DNA of 41,276 nt from Burkholderiales bacterium (GTDB taxonomy: Bacteria > Pseudomonadota > Gammaproteobacteria > Burkholderiales > SG8-39). Shown in pieces: positions 31,884 to 41,056 of the stretch. The notes beneath the pieces were generated by a model. That model was given only the letters and a program-made list of their open reading frames with translations. It ran no database searches and was not told the DNA's origin. The translations under genes and the position numbers were made by a program. Where the stretch lies: the NCBI GenBank assembly GCA_035517595.1, contig DATIYN010000176.1:1-41276 (forward strand), written 5' to 3'. Every line of letters starts with the position of its first letter. Within the stretch, counting starts at the first letter, position 1.

Positions 31884-32368
31884 GGTCCACCTATCTTCTG
31901 GATTTTCTGGCCTCGACAGGCGGCGAGCAGCGTCTTCACGCCGCCCTTGCGGGGAATCGAGATGTCGGCGGCGATCTCCGCGAGCGGCAGCAGCACGAAC
32001 GCCCGCTCGTGCATGCGCGGATGGGGAACGACGAGGCCGGGCTCCTCGACGGTCCGATCGCCGTAGAGCAGCAGGTCGAGGTCTAGGGTCCTCGGGGCCC
32101 CCGGGAACGGCCGCTCACGGCCGAAGCGCGCCTCGAGGGTGATGAGCTCCTCCAGCAGCTCGCGCGGCGCGAGCTCGGTCTCGACCCTGGCGACGGCGTT
32201 GACGAAATCCGGCTGTGCGCCGACCTCCACGGGAGCGCTGCGGTAGAGCGATGAGGAGGCGAGCAGGCGCGTGCGGGGAAGGCTCCCGAGTGCCGCGATC
32301 GCGCGGCGCACCTGCGATTCCGGTTCGCCGAGGTTGGCGCCCAAGCCGATGTACGCCTGGATCTTCAA
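31880..32368 (-). CDS. folK: 2-amino-4-hydroxy-6-hydroxymethyldihydropteridine diphosphokinase
   Basis: The TTG start overlaps the pcnB stop (TTGA). AYIGLGANLG, RTLDLDLL and VPHPRMHERAFVLLPL motifs are present. Length is 162 aa. Confidence 0.88.
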   Translation of the reverse strand: MKIQAYIGLGANLGEPESQVRRAIAALGSLPRTRLLASSSLYRSAPVEVGAQPDFVNAVARVETELAPRELLEELITLEARFGRERPFPGAPRTLDLDLLLYGDRTVEEPGLVVPHPRMHERAFVLLPLAEIAADISIPRKGGVKTLLAACRGQKIQKIGGP

Positions 32369-33735
32369 GCCGGCGCCGCGTCGGGAGGCAGGGCCGGGCC
32401 CCTGCGCCCGCGGCGGCGCCGGCGGCGCTTGCGCTCGCCGGGCTGCGGCGCGAGCAGCATCGCCTGGCGGCCGCTTTCGCCTTCGCGCTGGAACCTCTCC
32501 CACCATTGCGCGAGCTCGGCCGGGGCCTCGCCGCTCGCGCAGCGCAGCAGCAGGAAGTCGTATCCCGCCCGGAACTTCTCGTGCGCGGCGAGCGCGAAGG
32601 GGCGGCGCCCGCTGCGCTGCTCGAAGCGCGGCTGGAGCGCCCAGATCTCCTTCATCACCGCGGTGAAGCGGCGCGGGATGGCGAGCTTGTCCGTCTGGAT
32701 GTCGAGCACCGCGTCCATCGCCCTGAACAACGCCGGGATCGGCTTCAGGCCCTGCCCTTGAGCCTTCTTCCAGGCCGCGAGGACCTCGTGCCACAGCAGC
32801 GCGGCGAACAGGAAGGCGGGCGACACGCCCTTGCCCGAGCGCACGCGCGAGTCGGTCTCCTCGAGCGCGAGCCGGACGAAGCGCTCGCCCATGGGCTGCT
32901 CGAAGATGACGTCGAGCAAAGGCAGCAGGCCGTGGTGCAGCCCCTCGCCGCGCAGGCGCTTGAGCGCGGTCGCGGCATGGCCCGAGAACAGCAGCTTCTG
33001 CATCTCCTCGTAGACGCGCGAAGGCGGGACGTTCTCGAGCAGGTGCGCGAGCTCGCGGATGGGCTTGCGCGTGCGCTCGTCGATCTCGAATCCCGCTTTC
33101 GCCGCGAACCGCACCGCGCGCAGCATTCGGACCGGGTCCTCGCGGTAGCGCGAGCGCGCGTCGCCGACGATGCGCACCGACTTTCTCCGAAGGTCGCGCA
33201 TGCCGTCGTGGTAGTCGAGGATGGTCTCGGCCGCCGGGTCGTAGTACAGCGCGTTGATGGTGAAGTCGCGGCGTATGGCGTCGTCCTCCAGAGTCCCGTA
33301 GATGTTGTCGCGGAGCACCCGCCCGTGCTCGTCGGTTTCCGAGGCGACGCGCGCGCGGAAGGTCGAGACCTCCACGGTCTCGTCCCCGAAGAGGACGTGG
33401 GCCAGCTTGAAGCGCCGCCCGATCAGCCGCGAGCGCCGGAAGATCCTGTGCACTTCCTCGGGAGAGGCGTCGGTGGCGACGTCGAAGTCCTTGGGACGCA
33501 GCCCCAGCAGCAGGTCGCGCACGGCGCCGCCGACGACGTAGGCGGCGAAGCCGCGCTCCTGCAGCACCTCGCACACCTTGCGCGAGCCGTGGGAGATGGA
33601 TTCGCGGCCGATCCCGTGGCTTTCCTTGGGGACGATCCTCGGCTCGGACGGCGTGCCGAGCCGGAAAACGCGCCGGATGAGTTTCCTGATCAAGAGGGCA
33701 GAAAGCTCCGCGCGCCGGCGGCTTCCAGCCGGCAC
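32365..33735 (-). CDS. pcnB: poly(A) polymerase I
   Basis: GGAVRDLLLG nucleotidyltransferase motif and a basic C-terminal tail. An alternative TTG start at 33693 would form a TTGA overlap with the upstream ATPase stop, replacing a 46-nt overlap. Confidence 0.9.
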   Translation of the reverse strand: MPAGSRRRAELSALLIRKLIRRVFRLGTPSEPRIVPKESHGIGRESISHGSRKVCEVLQERGFAAYVVGGAVRDLLLGLRPKDFDVATDASPEEVHRIFRRSRLIGRRFKLAHVLFGDETVEVSTFRARVASETDEHGRVLRDNIYGTLEDDAIRRDFTINALYYDPAAETILDYHDGMRDLRRKSVRIVGDARSRYREDPVRMLRAVRFAAKAGFEIDERTRKPIRELAHLLENVPPSRVYEEMQKLLFSGHAATALKRLRGEGLHHGLLPLLDVIFEQPMGERFVRLALEETDSRVRSGKGVSPAFLFAALLWHEVLAAWKKAQGQGLKPIPALFRAMDAVLDIQTDKLAIPRRFTAVMKEIWALQPRFEQRSGRRPFALAAHEKFRAGYDFLLLRCASGEAPAELAQWWERFQREGESGRQAMLLAPQPGERKRRRRRRGRRGPALPPDAAPA

Positions 33736-34439
33736 TGGTACAGGGCTTCGAGGTTGGCGTGGGTCAGCATGTCGCTTGAGCGCCCCGGGCTCGCGCGGCC
33801 CGCATCATACAGTAAAACGGAGAAGGCGCAGTGGCGCGCGGCATGGCCGGGCTCGTGCAGCGCGGCGAGCACGGTCTTGCCCGCCGCGGCGCGCGCGGCA
33901 AGCGTGCGCATCACCAGGCCCTGATGGCGCAGGTCGAGGTGCTGCAGCGGCTCGTCGAGGAGGAGGATGTCCGCGTCCTGCACGAGCACCTGGGCGATGC
34001 GCGCGCGCTGGCGCTCACCGCCCGAGAGCGTGCGGTAGGCCTGCGCTTCGCGGTCGGCGAGGTCGAGCTCGGCGAGCCAGCGGCGCGCCTCTCCGAGCGC
34101 TTCGTCGTCGCGCACGAAAGAGGTTCGCGAGCGCGGGTAGCGCCCGAGCGCGACGAAGTCGACGACGCTCCCCCAGAAGCCGGACTCCTCGTCCTGCAGC
34201 AGCACCGCGACGCGGCGCGCGAGCTCGCTCCGCCGGATCGCGGCGAGCGGGACGCCGTCGAGCGCGACCGCTCCCGCCTGCGGCGCGCGCAGGCCCGCGA
34301 GCGCGTGGACGAGGCTCGTCTTTCCCGAGCCGTTGCGGCCGAGCAGCGCCCAGCACTCCCCCGGCGCGAGCGACAGGTCGAGGGCGCGGACGAGCTCGCG
34401 CCCGCCCGCCGAGAGCCCGAGGCGGGTCGCCGACAGCAT
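33690..34439 (-). CDS. ABC transporter ATP-binding protein (FecE/BtuD/HmuV-type iron-siderophore/cobalamin/haem importer)
   Basis: Internal start MLSATRL. Walker A GRNGSGKTS, signature LSGGERQR and Walker B ILLLDEP are present. Length is 249 aa. An ATGA overlap links it to the permease. Confidence 0.85.
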   Translation of the reverse strand: MLSATRLGLSAGGRELVRALDLSLAPGECWALLGRNGSGKTSLVHALAGLRAPQAGAVALDGVPLAAIRRSELARRVAVLLQDEESGFWGSVVDFVALGRYPRSRTSFVRDDEALGEARRWLAELDLADREAQAYRTLSGGERQRARIAQVLVQDADILLLDEPLQHLDLRHQGLVMRTLAARAAAGKTVLAALHEPGHAARHCAFSVLLYDAGRASPGRSSDMLTHANLEALYQCRLEAAGARSFLPS

Positions 34440-35398
34440 CAGCGCAGCCTCGCGAGCAGCAGGAGGAGCACCGGAACCCCGATCATCGCCGTGAGCACGC
34501 CCACCGGCAGCTCGGCGGGCGCGGCGACGGTGCGCGCCAGCGTGTCGGCGATCGCGAGGAGGCTCCCGCCGAGGCACGCGGCGAGCGGCAGCAGGACGCG
34601 GTGGCGATGCACCCCCGACAGGCGCAGCAGGTGGGGAACCACGAGCCCGACGAACCCTATGGTGCCGCCGAGGAGGACCGCGGCGACGGTGGCGAGCGTC
34701 GCGCAGCCGAAGGCGATCGCCTGGAGGCGCGTCACCGCCACGCCGAGCGAGCGCGCCTTGTCCTCGCCCAGCATCAGCACGTCGAGTGCGCCCGCCTGCG
34801 AGAAGGCGACGGCCGCGCAGGCGGCGAGCACGGCGAGCGCCGCCCAGGGCTCGCCCGCGGGCGAGAGGTCGCCGAGCAGCCAGAACAGCATGCCCTGCAC
34901 CTGGGCGGCGGGCGCGATCGCGAGCATCAGGCCGACCAGCGCGCCGAACCCCGAGGCGAGCGCGACCCCGGTGAGCAGGACGCGGTACGGATTCCAGCCG
35001 GAGCGCCCGAGGGAGAACATGAAGACCGCCAGCGCCGCGAGCGAGGCGCCGGCGAGGGCCGAGAAGCTCACTCCGGCCGCGGCCGCGCCCAGGAGCATCG
35101 CGCCGAGCGCCCCGGTCGCGGCGCCGCCGGAGACGCCGAGTATCGCGGGGTCGGCGAGCGGATTCCGGAGGAGCACCTGGAGCAGCGCGCCGGCGAGAGC
35201 GAGCAGGCCGCCGCAGGCGAAGCCCGCCAGCGCGCGGGGCGCGCGCACGCCCCAGACGATCTCGCGCGCGATCTCGTCGCCGCGGCCGAGCAGCGCGTCG
35301 GAGAGCTGCGCCGGCGCCAGGTCGACGCTGCCGAACGCGATGCCGAGCGCGAGGCTCGCCGGCACAAGCAGCAACACGACGGCGGGCGCGGCCTTCAT
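34439..35398 (-). CDS. FecCD-family ABC importer permease (BtuC/HmuU-like)
   Basis: Internal start MKAAPAVVLL. The RAPRAL, LLRNPLADP.ILGVSGGA and GFVGLVVPH blocks are typical of the FecCD family. Length is 319 aa. Confidence 0.85.
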   Translation of the reverse strand: MKAAPAVVLLLVPASLALGIAFGSVDLAPAQLSDALLGRGDEIAREIVWGVRAPRALAGFACGGLLALAGALLQVLLRNPLADPAILGVSGGAATGALGAMLLGAAAAGVSFSALAGASLAALAVFMFSLGRSGWNPYRVLLTGVALASGFGALVGLMLAIAPAAQVQGMLFWLLGDLSPAGEPWAALAVLAACAAVAFSQAGALDVLMLGEDKARSLGVAVTRLQAIAFGCATLATVAAVLLGGTIGFVGLVVPHLLRLSGVHRHRVLLPLAACLGGSLLAIADTLARTVAAPAELPVGVLTAMIGVPVLLLLLARLR

Positions 35399-36066
35399 TC
35401 CAGGCTGATGATCTTCCATCCGCGCGCGAGCGCCTCCCCGCGCAGGACCTCGTCGGGGTCCACCGCCACCGGATACGTGACGCGCTCGAGCAGCGGCAGG
35501 TCGTTGTGCGAGTCGCTGTAGAACCAGCTCGCCGCGAAGGACGCGAGCGTCTGTCCGCGCCCGCCCAGCCACTCCGCGAGCCGGGTCACCTTGCCCAGGC
35601 GGAACGAGGGCGTCCCCGAGGGCCTGCCGGTGAACCGGCCGCCGCGGACCTCGAGCTCGGTCGCGAGCAGGTGCGCGACCCCCAGCTCGCGCGCGATCGG
35701 GGCGGTGATGAACGAATTCGTCGACGTGACGATCGCGCACAGATGGTTCTGCGCGAGGTGCTTCCCGACCAGCTCCCTCCCTTTGGAGCGGACCATGGGC
35801 AGCACGCGCGTTCGCATGAACTCCGCGTGCCAGCGGTCGAGCTCCTCGCGCGGGTGGCGCGCCAGCGGCGCGAGCTGGAAAGCAAGGAACTCGTGGATAT
35901 CCAGCCGGCCTTCCTTGTACTGATGGAAGAAGCGCTCGTTCTTCGCCTCGTATTCGGAGCGGTCGAGCATGCCGCGCTCGATCAGGAACTGCGCCCACTC
36001 GTAGTCGCTGTCGCCGGACAGCAGGGTGTTGTCCAGGTCGAAGAGAGCGAGCTCCGCGGCGGCCAT
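35395..36066 (-). CDS. HAD-IB family hydrolase (phosphoserine-phosphatase-like)
   Basis: Internal start MAAAELALFDLDNTLL (DxDxT motif). The later SDSHNDLPLL matches HAD motif IV. Length is 223 aa. ATGA overlaps occur on both sides. Confidence 0.8.
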   Translation of the reverse strand: MAAAELALFDLDNTLLSGDSDYEWAQFLIERGMLDRSEYEAKNERFFHQYKEGRLDIHEFLAFQLAPLARHPREELDRWHAEFMRTRVLPMVRSKGRELVGKHLAQNHLCAIVTSTNSFITAPIARELGVAHLLATELEVRGGRFTGRPSGTPSFRLGKVTRLAEWLGGRGQTLASFAASWFYSDSHNDLPLLERVTYPVAVDPDEVLRGEALARGWKIISLE

Positions 36067-36692
36067 CAGCGGCGCGGCTCCCCGGAAAGCGCGCGCAGCG
36101 CCTCCTTGATCAGCGGCAGCGTGAGCGGGCGCTGGCGCTGCAGCGAATACCTGTCCAGGGCGTCGAGCATCGAGATCTGAGTGCCCATGTCGCGGTCGAA
36201 GTGGCCGAGGAGATACGCGATCAGCTCGCGGTCGAGCGCCATGCCCCGCTCGGCGGCGTGCGCCGCGAGCGCGGCGGCCTTCTCCGCGTCGCTCAAGGGG
36301 TGGAGCTGCAGGACGATGCCCGAGGCGAGCCTGGAGCGCAGGTCGGCGCGCAGGGGCAGCTGCGCCGGCGGCGCCTCGGCGCTCGCGGCGAGAGCGCCGC
36401 CCGAGGCGCGCAGCCGGTTGCACAGATCGAAAAGCTCGAGCTGCCCGGACTCGCCGAGCTGCGCGACATCGTCGGCCGCGACCGCTTCGCGCGTCGCGGC
36501 CGAGGCGGCGCTCGAAAACGCGCGCAGCAGGTGCGACTTCCCGCTTCCGCCGGGACCCCACAGGAACACGAAGCCCTCTCCGCCGGCGAGCGCCTCGCGC
36601 AACGCCTTCACGGCGGCGCCGTTCCTTCCCTGCGAGAAGTTCTCCAGCGTGGGGGGCGGGGGCGGGGCAAGTTCGAGCAGCAGCTGTTGCAT
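36066..36692 (-). CDS. hda: DnaA regulatory inactivator Hda
   Basis: 208 aa. The N-terminus MQQLLLELAPPPPPTLENF and Walker A-like GPGGSGKSHLL match a truncated DnaA AAA+ domain. The gene is divergent from purM, as in many Betaproteobacteria. Confidence 0.85.
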   Translation of the reverse strand: MQQLLLELAPPPPPTLENFSQGRNGAAVKALREALAGGEGFVFLWGPGGSGKSHLLRAFSSAASAATREAVAADDVAQLGESGQLELFDLCNRLRASGGALAASAEAPPAQLPLRADLRSRLASGIVLQLHPLSDAEKAAALAAHAAERGMALDRELIAYLLGHFDRDMGTQISMLDALDRYSLQRQRPLTLPLIKEALRALSGEPRR

Positions 36693-36742
36693 TCGATTAG
36701 AATTCTGCAGCCAGCACGTAACTCTATCTGCAACCCTCCCTC

Positions 36743-37780
36743 TTGGCCAGCAAGAAGCCGATCACCTACCGCGACGCAGGGGTGGACATCGACGCGGGCG
36801 ATGCGCTGGTCGAGGCGATCAAGCCCTTCGCGAAGAGAACCCTGCGTCCGGAGGTGCTCGCCGGAATCGGCGGATTCGGCGCGCTCGCCGAGATTCCAAG
36901 GAAATACCGCGAGCCCGTGCTCGTCTCCGGCACCGACGGCGTCGGTACCAAGCTGAAGCTCGCCTTCCAGCTCGGCCGGCACGACACCGTGGGCATCGAC
37001 CTCGTCGCGATGAGCGTAAACGACATCCTTACGCAGGGAGCCGAGCCGCTCTTCTTCCTCGACTACTTCGCCTGCGGCAAGCTAGACGTGGCGGTCGCGA
37101 CCGACGTCGTCAAGGGCATAGCGCGCGGATGCGAGCAGGCGGGCTGCGCGCTCATCGGCGGGGAGACCGCCGAGATGCCGGGCATGTACGCGCAGGGCGA
37201 GTACGACCTCGCCGGCTTCGCGGTCGGCGTCGTGGAGAAGAGCGGGATCATCGACGGACGCGACATCGCCGAGGGCGATGTCGTGCTCGGCCTCGCCTCG
37301 AGCGGCGCGCACTCCAACGGCTATTCGCTGGTGCGCCGCATCCTCGAGCGGGCAAAGCCGGATCTGCGCGCGGATTTCCACGGCGGGTCCCTGGGGCAGG
37401 CGCTGCTCGAGCCGACTCGCATCTACGTCAAGCCCGTGCTCGCGCTTGCGAAGGAAGTGCGCGTCAAGGGTCTGGCGCACATCACCGGCGGAGGCCTGGT
37501 CGAGAACCTTCCGCGGGTGCTGCCCGAAGGCCTGAAGGCCGTGATCGCGCGTTCGTCGTGGACGCGGCCGCCGCTGTTCGACTGGCTGCAGCGCGAGGGC
37601 CGGGTCGCCGACGAGGAGATGTTGCGCGTCTTCAACTGCGGAATCGGCATGGCGCTGGTGGTCGCGGCCGAAAGCGCGGACGCCGCCGAACGGGGTTTGA
37701 GGGCGCGGGGCGAGACCGTGTTCCGCATCGGCCGGATCGAGCCGCACAAGCCCGGCGAGCCGCAGTGCCGGATCGCCTGA
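36743..37780 (+). CDS. purM: phosphoribosylformylglycinamidine cyclo-ligase
   Basis: [19 protein letters not shown] and GGETAEMPG motifs are present. The TTG start gives an N-terminus of E. coli-like length. Confidence 0.92.
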   Translation: MASKKPITYRDAGVDIDAGDALVEAIKPFAKRTLRPEVLAGIGGFGALAEIPRKYREPVLVSGTDGVGTKLKLAFQLGRHDTVGIDLVAMSVNDILTQGAEPLFFLDYFACGKLDVAVATDVVKGIARGCEQAGCALIGGETAEMPGMYAQGEYDLAGFAVGVVEKSGIIDGRDIAEGDVVLGLASSGAHSNGYSLVRRILERAKPDLRADFHGGSLGQALLEPTRIYVKPVLALAKEVRVKGLAHITGGGLVENLPRVLPEGLKAVIARSSWTRPPLFDWLQREGRVADEEMLRVFNCGIGMALVVAAESADAAERGLRARGETVFRIGRIEPHKPGEPQCRIA

Positions 37781-37782
37781 AG

Positions 37783-37798
37783 ATGACAGAAATGTAAT
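37783..37798 (+). promoter_or_regulatory. candidate heavy-metal response-regulator box upstream of the CzcE-like gene
   Basis: ATGACAGAAATGTAAT lies immediately after the purM stop. From memory, the TGACA/TGTAAT-type half sites resemble CusR/CopR/PcoR copper boxes. A possible -10 TAAAGT at 37832-37837 would centre the box near -53. Confidence 0.3.
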
Positions 37799-37906
37799 CG
37801 GCGGGTCAGGTTCCCGATACGCTCCATTGTCTAAAGTAGCGCCACATTCAGAGCGCGGAACATCGAGCGCGCTGATTGCCTCGAAACTACCGAAATGGAG
37901 AAAGTC

Positions 37907-38242
37907 ATGAAAGTGTTTGCCCCAGCCTTCGCAGCCCTTGCGCTTTCCGCCGCGAGCGTTTCGTCGTTCGCGCTGACGAACGGCGATCTGTACGGCCAGC
38001 CCGCCGCGAGCGACTACGCCGCAGACCGCACAATCGTGGTCACGCCGGAGACGAAGTTCATCAACGTCAACCACGGCGAGGTCGTGAAGCTGAAAGTCGG
38101 TTCGCAGGAATTCACCTGGAACTTCGACGGTATGACGCGGCCCTTCGATTTGAGGGAGATCGCTCCCGAGGGCGCGCTGGACCATGATGTGCGCGTCTAC
38201 GTCGAGACCACGGGGCCCGTGGACGGCGGCTTCGGAGACTGA
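37907..38242 (+). CDS. small periplasmic protein, CzcE-like metal-binding family (tentative)
   Basis: Signal peptide [22 protein letters not shown]. From memory, the pattern DLYG.PA...[30 protein letters not shown]...FDL..IAP resembles the CzcE family. ATG at 37907 is preceded by GGAGA. It is adjacent to a heavy-metal-type two-component system. Confidence 0.55.
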   Translation: MKVFAPAFAALALSAASVSSFALTNGDLYGQPAASDYAADRTIVVTPETKFINVNHGEVVKLKVGSQEFTWNFDGMTRPFDLREIAPEGALDHDVRVYVETTGPVDGGFGD

Positions 38243-38295
38243 GGTCCGCTCGCGGCGCGCGCCGGAAGGTGAACTTTTCGGCGCCGCCAGCTCTC

Positions 38296-38326
38296 AAAAA
38301 AGGCGCCGAAGTCGGGCGCCTTTTTC
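38296..38326 (+). terminator. intrinsic terminator-like hairpin between the CzcE-like gene and the response regulator
   Basis: AAAAAGGCGCC - GAAGTCG - GGCGCCTTTTT. The stem is 6 GC pairs extended by A/T pairs and is followed by a T-run. It lies 54 nt after the CzcE-like stop and 18 nt before the regulator TTG. Confidence 0.55.
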
Positions 38327-38343
38327 GCCTCCAAGAAGAACAC

Positions 38344-39018
38344 TTGCGCATTCTCATAGTCGAAGACGAGCTCAAGACCGCGACCTACGCGCGCAAGGGC
38401 CTGACAGAGCACGGCTTCGTGGTCGACGTGGCGGAGAACGGGGTCGACGGCCGGCATCTCGCCCTGTCGTCCGACTATGACCTGGTCGTCCTCGACGTGA
38501 TGCTCCCCGGCGTCGACGGCTGGACCGTGGTGCGCGACCTCAGGCGGCAGAAGCAGACCCCGGTACTCTTTCTCACCGCGCGTGACGGCGTGGCCGACAA
38601 GGTAAAGGGCCTGGAGCTCGGCGCGGACGACTACCTGGTCAAACCTTTCGCCTTTTCGGAGCTGCTGGCGCGGGTGCGCTCGGTCCTTCGCCGCGGCGGC
38701 AAGGCGCCGGCCGCGCGCCTGGCCGTCGGCGACCTGGAGATCGACCCGCGCAGGCGCAGGGTGTCCCGCGGCGGCAGGAAGATCGACCTCACCGCAAAGG
38801 AGTTCGCGCTTCTCGATTGCCTGGTGCGCAACTGCGGCGAGGTCATGTCGCGCACGCTCATCGCCGAGCAGGTCTGGGACATGAACTTCGACAGCGACAC
38901 CAACGTGGTCGACGTGGCGATGCGGCGCCTGCGGGCGAAGATCGACGACCCCTTCGAGGTGAAGCTCATCCGCACGGTGCGCGGCGTGGGCTACGCGATC
39001 GAGGAGCCGACGCCTTGA
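38344..39018 (+). CDS. OmpR-family heavy-metal response regulator (CusR/CzcR/CopR-like)
   Basis: (M)[14 protein letters not shown]..., [13 protein letters not shown], and [23 protein letters not shown] are nearly identical in pattern to CusR. I prefer a TTG start at 38344 because the longer ORF would include a terminator hairpin. Confidence 0.88.
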   Translation: MRILIVEDELKTATYARKGLTEHGFVVDVAENGVDGRHLALSSDYDLVVLDVMLPGVDGWTVVRDLRRQKQTPVLFLTARDGVADKVKGLELGADDYLVKPFAFSELLARVRSVLRRGGKAPAARLAVGDLEIDPRRRRVSRGGRKIDLTAKEFALLDCLVRNCGEVMSRTLIAEQVWDMNFDSDTNVVDVAMRRLRAKIDDPFEVKLIRTVRGVGYAIEEPTP

Positions 39019-40487
39019 CGCGCAGGTCGCTCACCTGGCAGATCAGCCTGCTGTTCGCGCTGATCTCCTTCCTGGTCATCGCCGCAATGGGATTCGCCAT
39101 CGACCGCATGCTCGCCAGCGAGCTGCTCGAGGCGAACGACGCCCTGCTTCTCGGGAACATGAGCCTGCTGCGCGGCCGCCTCGCGCGCATGGGTCCGAGC
39201 GAATCCATCCTCGCGAGCCCGCGCTTCGTCGAGGAGATGGCGATGGGCTATCGCAAGCTCGGCCTGGCGGTGCTCGATGAGGACCGGCGGATCCTCGCGG
39301 CCTCGGAGGGCTTCGGCGTTCCGGTCGAGGGGCTGCCCGAGCGGGCCATCCCGATCGAGGCCCTCCCGGAGCACATCGACAACGCCGCTGAGCGCGAGCT
39401 GCGCGCCCGCTTCGGCGGGCTGAGCCGCCAATGGATCGCGCCGGACGGCCGCTGGTACCAGGTGCTGCTCGCCCGCGTCTCGCTTCCGGGCGAGCCCAAG
39501 TCCGCGCTGATCGCGCTCTCCTACGACCGCTCGCTGCCGCGCGAGCTGCTCGCGCGCTACCGGAAGGGGCTGATCGAGACCCTGGTCGTGAGCGTGCTCG
39601 CCGCCGCGGCGCTCGGCGTGTGGGCCGCGCGGCTGGTGCTCAAGCGGGCACGGGGCATCGCCGCCACTGCGGGCCGCATCAGCGCGAACGCCCTGAACGA
39701 GCGGCTCTCGCTCGAGGACACGCCGGAGGAATTCCTCGAGACGGCGCTCGCGTTCAATCACATGCTCGATCGCCTCGAGAGCTCGTTCCGGCGCCTCTCG
39801 GAGTTCTCGTCCGACCTCGCGCACGACCTGCGAACGCCGATCAACAACCTGCTCGGCGAGGCGCAGGTGGCGCTGTCGCGCCCGCGCGATGCGGCCGAGT
39901 ACCGCGCCGTGATCGAGTCCGCGGTCGAGGAGTACGAGCGCCTCTCGCGCATGATCGAGAACATGCTGTTTCTCGCGCGGGCCGACAACGCGCAGGCTCG
40001 CGCCGCGCCCCAGTGGATCGACCTGCGCAGCGCGCTCGAGAAGATCCTCTCCTACTACGAGGTGCTCGCGGAAGAGTGCAACATCCGGCTCGCGCTCGAT
40101 GTCCGGGGGGAAAGAGGCGGCAGGGCGCGCGCCTGGGCCGACGAGCTGATGCTCAACCGCGCCGTCGGCAACCTGCTGTCCAACGCGCTGCGGCACGGCC
40201 CGCGCGATTGCACGGTCAGCGTCAGGGCGCTCGCGCGCGCCGATGGCTCGGCCGAGGTCGAAGTGGTCAACCCCGGGGCGGGCATCGCCCGGGAGCACCT
40301 GCCGCGCATATTCGACCGCTTCTACCGTCCTTCCAGCTCGCGCGAAGGGTCATCGGCAGGATCGGGGCTCGGCCTTGCCATCGTGAAGTCGATCGCCGAG
40401 CTGCATGGGGGCCGGGTCGGCGTGCGCAGCGACCCCGGCCGCGAAACGGCCTTCACCCTGAGCCTTCCCGCCGCTGGTCGCACCTAG
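39015..40487 (+). CDS. heavy-metal sensor histidine kinase (CusS/CzcS-like)
   Basis: The TTG start overlaps the regulator stop (TTGA). It has two TM helices flanking a periplasmic domain, a HAMP domain, H-box [14 protein letters not shown]-box NLLSNALRH and G-box GSGLGLAIV. Confidence 0.88.
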   Translation: MTRRSLTWQISLLFALISFLVIAAMGFAIDRMLASELLEANDALLLGNMSLLRGRLARMGPSESILASPRFVEEMAMGYRKLGLAVLDEDRRILAASEGFGVPVEGLPERAIPIEALPEHIDNAAERELRARFGGLSRQWIAPDGRWYQVLLARVSLPGEPKSALIALSYDRSLPRELLARYRKGLIETLVVSVLAAAALGVWAARLVLKRARGIAATAGRISANALNERLSLEDTPEEFLETALAFNHMLDRLESSFRRLSEFSSDLAHDLRTPINNLLGEAQVALSRPRDAAEYRAVIESAVEEYERLSRMIENMLFLARADNAQARAAPQWIDLRSALEKILSYYEVLAEECNIRLALDVRGERGGRARAWADELMLNRAVGNLLSNALRHGPRDCTVSVRALARADGSAEVEVVNPGAGIAREHLPRIFDRFYRPSSSREGSSAGSGLGLAIVKSIAELHGGRVGVRSDPGRETAFTLSLPAAGRT

Positions 40488-40951
40488 TCGCGCACCTCGT
40501 TTCGCGCCCGGTAGGCCGCGTCTAGCTCGGCGCGGGCCGCGTCCACCTCCGCGGCGGCGGCGCGCTGCCGGGCGAAATACTCGGGAGTGAGGCGGCTCGT
40601 GGTTCCGCCGGCGTTGCCGAGGCGCTCTCCGGGCAGCGGCTCGGCCGCCTGCTGCTGCCGCTCCAGCGCCTGGGTAAGCGCCGAGTCGGCGGCCTTGATG
40701 CGCGCGTCGGCCGCGTCGAGCGCCTCGCCGCGGCTGTCCGCGCCCTGTGCCGCAGGCGGCGCCGGACGGGGCGGTTCCGCGCTGGCTGGCGAAGGCACGA
40801 GCTCGAAGCGCCCGATCAGCCTTGCGCCCTGGACCGGCGAGTCGGAATAGATCACCTTGCCGTCGGCGCGCTCGTACTTGTATATCGTGTCGGCGGCGGC
40901 GAGCCCCGATGCCGCGAGCAGCAGCGCGACTATGCCTTTGATCAGCGTCAT
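40484..40951 (-). CDS. DUF4124 domain-containing protein
   Basis: A signal peptide is followed by IYKYERADGKVIYSDSP, typical of DUF4124. The C-terminal half is low-complexity and coiled. Confidence 0.7.
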   Translation of the reverse strand: MTLIKGIVALLLAASGLAAADTIYKYERADGKVIYSDSPVQGARLIGRFELVPSPASAEPPRPAPPAAQGADSRGEALDAADARIKAADSALTQALERQQQAAEPLPGERLGNAGGTTSRLTPEYFARQRAAAAEVDAARAELDAAYRARNEVRD

Positions 40952-41022
40952 GAAAATCCTCTAAGAAGACTCCACAGTATTTTAGATCGCGGAAACAGAG
41001 CGGAGTTTTCTACGATTGCCGA

Positions 41023-41031
41023 TGGTAAAAT
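41023..41031 (+). promoter_or_regulatory. candidate extended -10 promoter for dnaE (TGgTAAAAT)
   Basis: TG at 41023-41024, one nt, then TAAAAT at 41026-41031, about 25 nt upstream of the dnaE ATG. No good -35 is present. Confidence 0.3.
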
Positions 41032-41056
41032 TTTCCGCGCCCCCGAGCACCCCGTG

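Noticed and set aside
35395-36066. Cobalamin riboswitch or Fur box controlling the BtuCD-like importer.
   Set aside because: The importer genes are joined to the flanking genes by 4-nt overlaps, so there is no untranslated leader in which such an element could reside.
36693-36742. DnaA boxes or a PurR operator in the 50-nt hda/purM divergent spacer, together with the CCCTCCCTC tract immediately before the purM TTG.
   Set aside because: I found no TTATCCACA-like or PurR-like palindrome. The C-rich tract is simply the complement of a GAGGGAGGG on the hda strand, 41 nt from the hda ATG, and has no clear function.
38269-38343. Longer response-regulator ORF starting at GTG 38269, which would add a 25-aa N-terminal extension.
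   Set aside because: The extension would contain the terminator-like hairpin at 38296-38326. OmpR-family receivers normally begin right at the (M)RILIVEDE strand. I prefer TTG 38344, although its ribosome-binding site is weak.
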